Shown piece by piece: positions 59,807-64,000 of a stretch of 64,000 bases of DNA. The translations under genes and the position numbers were made by a program. This stretch comes from Candidatus Thalassarchaeum sp. GTDB taxonomy: Archaea; Thermoplasmatota; Poseidoniia; Poseidoniales; Thalassarchaeaceae. How positions within the stretch are numbered: the first letter of the stretch is position 1; the number at the start of each line of letters is the position of its first letter. Location: assembly GCA_022449945.1 (NCBI GenBank), contig JAKURM010000001.1:7569-71568 (forward strand), in the 5' to 3' direction. Below the pieces are notes generated by a model, which saw nothing but the letters and a program-made list of their open reading frames with translations, did not search any database and had not been told where the DNA came from.

Positions 59807-60418
59807 ATGACCGTGCTCGAGGAAATTGCTGACTCAGTTATTGAGTGGGCCGATGGCTTCGGCCTACTGGGCCTGGCAATTGTTTCGGCTTCAGAGGCAG
59901 CCCTCCAACCAGTCCCCCCTGACTTACTTATTCTCCCTATGGCAATGGGTGAAGACAGCCTCATGGCCCTATTTGCAATATTCTTTGTAGCTACTATTTC
60001 CAGTGTTATTGGCTCCCTTGGTGGTTATGCAATTGGACTTTATGTCGGCCGACCTGTAATTTCGAGGTTCGCAAAACCATCAACCTCGAGAAGGCTGGAT
60101 GAGCTGATTAGAAGATATGGCGATCTGGGGGTCTTCATTGCTGCAGTCTCTCCCATTCCATACAAGGTTCTGGCATGGACTGCTGGTGCCGGGAGGATGA
60201 GAATCAGAACCTTTGTCTTCGCAGGAATAATTGGCAGGGGGATTCGTTTTGGTATGGAGGTACTTCTTCTGGGAGTCTGGGGGGATCAGTTTCTGATTAC
60301 CTTGGAAAGACCCGTTTTCTGGGTAGTAATGGGGGTAATTTCTGTTGCTGCATTCATTCCTCTGAACTCTTGGTGGAGAGATCTGGACCCCAGTCTTGAA
60401 TCAGAACAGGGCTCCTGA
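59807..60418 (+). CDS. DedA/VTT-like membrane protein (start uncertain)
   Basis: ~200 aa multi-TM. The ORF-track 5' part overlaps nob1 antisense; in-frame ATG at 59807. Confidence 0.4.
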   Translation: MTVLEEIADSVIEWADGFGLLGLAIVSASEAALQPVPPDLLILPMAMGEDSLMALFAIFFVATISSVIGSLGGYAIGLYVGRPVISRFAKPSTSRRLDELIRRYGDLGVFIAAVSPIPYKVLAWTAGAGRMRIRTFVFAGIIGRGIRFGMEVLLLGVWGDQFLITLERPVFWVVMGVISVAAFIPLNSWWRDLDPSLESEQGS

Positions 60419-60461
60419 TTTATCGAACCGATTATGAGACTCCCACCCTTCGTCACCCATA

Positions 60462-60539
60462 GCTCGTGTGGTGTAGTTCGGTCCATCATGCCGCCCTTTC
60501 GAGGCGGCGACCCGGGTTCAAATCCCGGCACGAGCACCA
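60462..60539 (+). tRNA. tRNA-Glu (anticodon TTC), encoded CCA
   Basis: Acceptor GCTCGTG/CACGAGC, anticodon stem CCGCC/GGCGG with loop CTTTCGA, T-arm CCGGG-TTCAAAT-CCCGG, A73, CCA. Confidence 0.85.
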
Positions 60540-60552
60540 TTATTGGCAGTTA

Positions 60553-61011
60553 TCATACCTCATTGACCTCTACTGGTATGCCCCTTTTCCTCGCCTGTTC
60601 AATTACCACTAGAGTCCATTTGCTCGTGGATGAAGGCATGGCCAGGATATTCGTTGCAGACTCCAGAATTTTTTCCGTCAGGGAATTCGGGGCCTCTACC
60701 CTCCCATGGTCCTCCAGAGCCCGGAAGGGGTCATCCCACTCTTCTGTGAATACGGCAATAGGGATGATGTGTGCATCGGCCCATCTCTCTGCCATGTAAT
60801 CGACTCCGCTCGCCCCACCTACAATTATCAGGTCAGGGTAGCCATTGCTTCCCACCCATTCGTGCATAATTTTCTCGAAGACTTCAAAGTTGTAGAACCT
60901 GCTTGATCCTACTACTGCAAGGTTGATTATTGACCCATCTAGGTTCAGGTCTTTTCTTCCGAGCCTGTCGACCGTTTCTTGCCCAGAGTACTCGGTCATC
61001 GCACGCTCCAA
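60553..61011 (-). CDS. SLOG-superfamily (DUF2493/DprA-like Rossmann) protein
   Basis: 152 aa, LIIVGGASGVDYMAERWA glycine-rich nucleotide-binding motif. Confidence 0.45.
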   Translation of the reverse strand: MERAMTEYSGQETVDRLGRKDLNLDGSIINLAVVGSSRFYNFEVFEKIMHEWVGSNGYPDLIIVGGASGVDYMAERWADAHIIPIAVFTEEWDDPFRALEDHGRVEAPNSLTEKILESATNILAMPSSTSKWTLVVIEQARKRGIPVEVNEV

Positions 61012-61106
61012 AACGGTATTGTCGAATAGGCTTTGTCCAATAATCCCTCAATATTAGAATACACGAGTTGAAAAATCAGCCCCAACTGGGACCCTTAGGA
61101 GATCAC

Positions 61107-62342
61107 ATGCCCCTGGACGTAGAAGCAATCAGGTCCGACTTCCCAATTCTAGGGAGGATGCTCCCCAATGGGAAGAAACTAGTCTATTTTGACAACGCTG
61201 CTACTTCTCAGAAACCTAAGTGCGTCATCGACTCAATGTCCCGGTATTATGAGGAGTACAATTCCAATGCCCATAGGGCCAATCATACCCTAGCGGACGA
61301 AGCAACAAGTGCCCTAGAGAATGCTAGGTCGGTGATTTCAGAGTTTTTCGGTACATCACCTGATCAGATGATATACACTAGCGGGGCAACCGAGGCAATA
61401 AATCTGGTTTCCTATGGCTGGGCAAGAGAGAACCTCTCAGAGGGCGACGTCATCGTACTAACCGAGATGGAGCACCACGCCGACATTGTCCCATGGCAGC
61501 AACTCTCCAAGGAGAAGGGTGTCGAGGTTAGGTATGTCCCAATAGATACAGACTCATTCACATTGGACATGGATGCGTTTGAGATAGCCGCACAGGACGC
61601 TGCTCTGGTATGTGTTGTCCCCACAAGCAATGTACTCGGGGCACGACACGCAGTAGAGTAGATAGTCGAGATTTCACACAGGGCAGGAGCCAGGGTTCTA
61701 CTTGATTGCGCACAGGGGGCGCCTCACGAGATGATTGAGTTCGACACGTCAGGAGTAGATTTCGTTGCAATCTCCGCGCATAAGATGGGCGGGCCCACGG
61801 GAATAGGGTGCCTTCTAGTTCGGCGAGATGCAATGGAGCAGATGGGGCCATTCATGACCGGAGGCTCTATGATTAAGCGAGTCAGCACAGAAGGCTCGAC
61901 ATTTCATGAAGGGCACGCAATGTTCGAGACAGGGACTCCAAGGATAGCAGAAGCAATTGGCTGGGGAGCTGCTGTTGAATGGTTGGGGCAGTTCGACATG
62001 GGGGAGGTCCATTCGCACATTAACGAAATTGCATCATGGGTAGCCGAGATGATGCATGGAATTGACGGAATCAGGGTCTATGGGGATCCAAGTAGGGATG
62101 ATAGCAGTGGTGCTGTCTCTTTCCTCCACGAGTCAATTCAATCACAGGATTTAGCACTACTCCTCGATGAGGGGGGATTTGCAGTCAGAACGGGCCATCA
62201 TTGTGCCCAGCCTCTAATGGATGCCTTGGGCGTACCTTCGACCAATAGGGCTTCTTTCTGGATTTACAATACCATGGACGAGGCCGAAGCATTCGTAAGT
62301 CACCTTAGGTATGTGGTGGATAGATTCTCAGAAAAGTCATAA
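61107..62342 (+). pseudogene. sufS: cysteine desulfurase SufS/CsdA-type, interrupted by an in-frame TAG at 61659-61661 (pseudogene, sequencing error or recoding)
   Basis: ORFs 61068..61661 and 61731..62342 are in the same frame. Translation across reads ...NVLGARHAVE*IVEISHRAGARVLLDCAQG..., colinear with SufS ([29 protein letters not shown]). PLP Lys context SAHKMGGPTGIG, active Cys GHHCAQPL. Confidence 0.6.
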
Positions 62343-62376
62343 GCAGTTTCAAGAAATCCCTTACTGACGGGAAATC

Positions 62377-62811
62377 ATGGGACGCCAGGGCACGTGGCCA
62401 GAGCATCTGGATGATATCGTGGAGGAATTCCAGAGTTGCTTTGATTCCATGGAGAGGTACGAGCTCCTATTTCAGTTTGCAAAGAGGCACCCTTCTCCAC
62501 TTCCTCCAGAGGAATGGGAAGAGTCCAATCAGGTCCACGGGTGCCAGTCTAGGGCTCACGTAATTTGCTCACTAGACGAAGAGGGGGGTTTTATCCTAAG
62601 GGGAGGGGCAGATGCGCAGATAGTCCAGGGCCTAATGGCCGTAACCGCGATAGCCGTAAATGGCATGAATCCATCAGAAGTCGAAACTCTGCCCCCTGAC
62701 TTCGCTGATGCTATGGGAATCAGGTCTTCGTTGACCCCTAGTCGTGCAAACGGTTTCCTAAACATGTTCAATAGGGTCCGAGAAGAGGCAGGAAAACTTT
62801 CAGGGGTGTAA
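62377..62811 (+). CDS. sufE: cysteine desulfuration protein SufE
   Basis: 144 aa, NQVHGCQSRAHV (conserved SufE Cys motif). Confidence 0.8.
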   Translation: MGRQGTWPEHLDDIVEEFQSCFDSMERYELLFQFAKRHPSPLPPEEWEESNQVHGCQSRAHVICSLDEEGGFILRGGADAQIVQGLMAVTAIAVNGMNPSEVETLPPDFADAMGIRSSLTPSRANGFLNMFNRVREEAGKLSGV

Positions 62812-62816
62812 ATCAG

Positions 62817-63122
62817 GTGGTCGATGAATCGGACGTTCTCTCTAAGCTATCGGAAGTTGAGGATCCAGAGATGAAAATGTCAGTGATTGACCTAGGATTG
62901 ATTTACTCCGTTTCGATTGATGACTCACACGCTGAAATTGACATGACACTCACAAGTCCCGGATGCCCAGTGGCACCAGAGATAATGGCTGCAGTCCACC
63001 GTTCGGCACTAAACACGGAGGGTATTGACTCGGTCCATGTTAATCTGACGTTCTCCCCCCCATGGGATCCAAAGTTGCATGCCTCGGAAGATGCCAAGTT
63101 CGAACTGGGAATATTCGACTAG
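62817..63122 (+). CDS. sufT: SufT/DUF59 (MIP18-family) Fe-S assembly protein
   Basis: VEDPEMKMSVIDLGLIYSV ... TSPGCPVAPEI typical of DUF59. Confidence 0.75.
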   Translation: MVDESDVLSKLSEVEDPEMKMSVIDLGLIYSVSIDDSHAEIDMTLTSPGCPVAPEIMAAVHRSALNTEGIDSVHVNLTFSPPWDPKLHASEDAKFELGIFD

Positions 63123-64000
63123 TTGTTCAGAGACTCCGCCGCCCTAATCGTATTTCTCATTAGCATTGCAATCGTCATTGGCCCCACTCCTCCTGGAACT
63201 GGGGTAATCCATCCAGCAATCTCTTCCACAGAGGGATGCACGTCTCCGGCAAGACTGCCATCATCCATTCTGGATATCCCCACATCCACGACGAATGAAC
63301 CTGGCTTAACTGAGTCCGGCCCGATGATATGGGGCCTTCCGATCGCAGAAATAATGATGTCCGCCTCCATGCAAATTTCCTCCATATCAGCCGTTTTAGA
63401 GTGTGCGATTGTTACAGTGGCATCAGCACCCTTCTGAGCCAGCATTAGTGCCATCGGCATGCCTACGATCCGTGATCTTCCTATGACTAGTGCCCTTTTT
63501 CCTTCCAATTCGAATTGGCTAGACTCGAGTATGTGCATAACACCAGTAGGCGTGCAGGGAAGCAAACCACTATTGTCCCCCTGTACCAATTTTCCGAGGT
63601 TTGCCGGGTGGAATCCGTCCACGTCTTTTGATGGCAGTATGGAGGAGGCAATGGCAAGCTCGTCCACTCCTGCCGGAGCCGGACTCTGGACCAAGATTCC
63701 ATGAATCTTCTTGTCCGCATTCAAGTCTTCGACGATGCCCAATATTTCTTCTTGGCTCGAGTCTCCTGGCATGCCTATCCTAGTGCTGAGAATTCCACAT
63801 TTCTCACATGCTCGCTCCTTGTTTCTTACGTATACATGGCTAGCCGGGTCTTCCCCTACAATTACAACAGCAAGATGCGCCTCGACCCCATTTTCAAGCA
63901 ATTTCCGAGCCCTCTTCTCCACATTGTCTAGGACATTCCGCCCAATCATCTTGCCATCTACGACAACTGCGCTCACGCTTGCTCGTGAGGACTTGCACAT
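63119..64000 (-). CDS. folD: bifunctional methylenetetrahydrofolate dehydrogenase/cyclohydrolase FolD (start at or beyond window edge)
   Basis: VVDGKMIGRNV...LAVVIVGEDPASHVYVRNKERACEKCGI, C-terminal PVPGGVGPMTIAMLMRNT. Confidence 0.85.
   Translation of the reverse strand: MCKSSRASVSAVVVDGKMIGRNVLDNVEKRARKLLENGVEAHLAVVIVGEDPASHVYVRNKERACEKCGILSTRIGMPGDSSQEEILGIVEDLNADKKIHGILVQSPAPAGVDELAIASSILPSKDVDGFHPANLGKLVQGDNSGLLPCTPTGVMHILESSQFELEGKRALVIGRSRIVGMPMALMLAQKGADATVTIAHSKTADMEEICMEADIIISAIGRPHIIGPDSVKPGSFVVDVGISRMDDGSLAGDVHPSVEEIAGWITPVPGGVGPMTIAMLMRNTIRAAESLNN

Noticed and set aside
60286-60540. 84-aa minus-strand ORF covering tRNA-Glu, and ORFs 1027-1348 covering tRNA-Ser
   Set aside because: They overlap well-folded tRNA genes; they are spurious.
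61659-61661. TAG in sufS as pyrrolysine or a genetic-code reassignment
   Set aside because: TAG evidently functions as a stop for other genes in the window (for example aroD ends in TAG). Long ORFs are not broken by TAG elsewhere. No Pyl machinery is expected in this lineage.

Overview
The window reads as an archaeal chromosomal segment, and I infer a Marine Group II / Poseidoniales-like organism. Unmistakably archaeal genes sit next to genes of bacterial origin on the same contig.

The archaeal markers are ribosomal proteins L44e, S27e and L37e, aIF2-alpha, Nop10, a PAC2 proteasome-assembly chaperone, Nob1, Nmd3, the PolD small subunit, the exosome subunit Csl4, a SAMP/MoaD-like protein and a TatA-like protein. 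The bacterial-type genes are gyrB-gyrA, sufS-sufE-sufT, ccmABC, fatty-acid beta-oxidation genes (two acyl-CoA dehydrogenases, etfAB) and a class-II nucleotidyltransferase.

Most of the window is compact housekeeping, with many overlapping or abutting genes. Three tRNAs (Ser-GCT, Val-TAC, Glu-TTC) all carry genomically encoded CCA. I saw no CRISPR arrays, IS elements or obvious defence islands.

The accessory-looking content is a set of very large exported, C-terminally membrane-anchored proteins: a 1378-aa PKD-repeat protein and a 1648-aa subtilase, with a glutaminyl cyclase and a rhomboid protease encoded beside them.

The most interesting observations are:
- an uninterrupted ORF fusing Csl4 to an extra zinc ribbon and a canonical RRM domain;
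- a rhomboid -> giant membrane-anchored subtilase -> maf operon in which both proteases end in cytoplasmic zinc ribbons;
- an in-frame TAG inside sufS;
- a frameshifted PAC2 gene within the conserved L44e-S27e-aIF2a-Nop10-PAC2 cluster;
- an unannotated 46-aa CcmD-like ORF translationally coupled to ccmC;
- a thymidylate kinase with a roughly 250-aa C-terminal extension;
- a GcvH-like protein lacking the lipoyl lysine;
- a perfect 12-bp palindrome in the gyrB leader.

All calls are from reading translations by eye. No database search was run.
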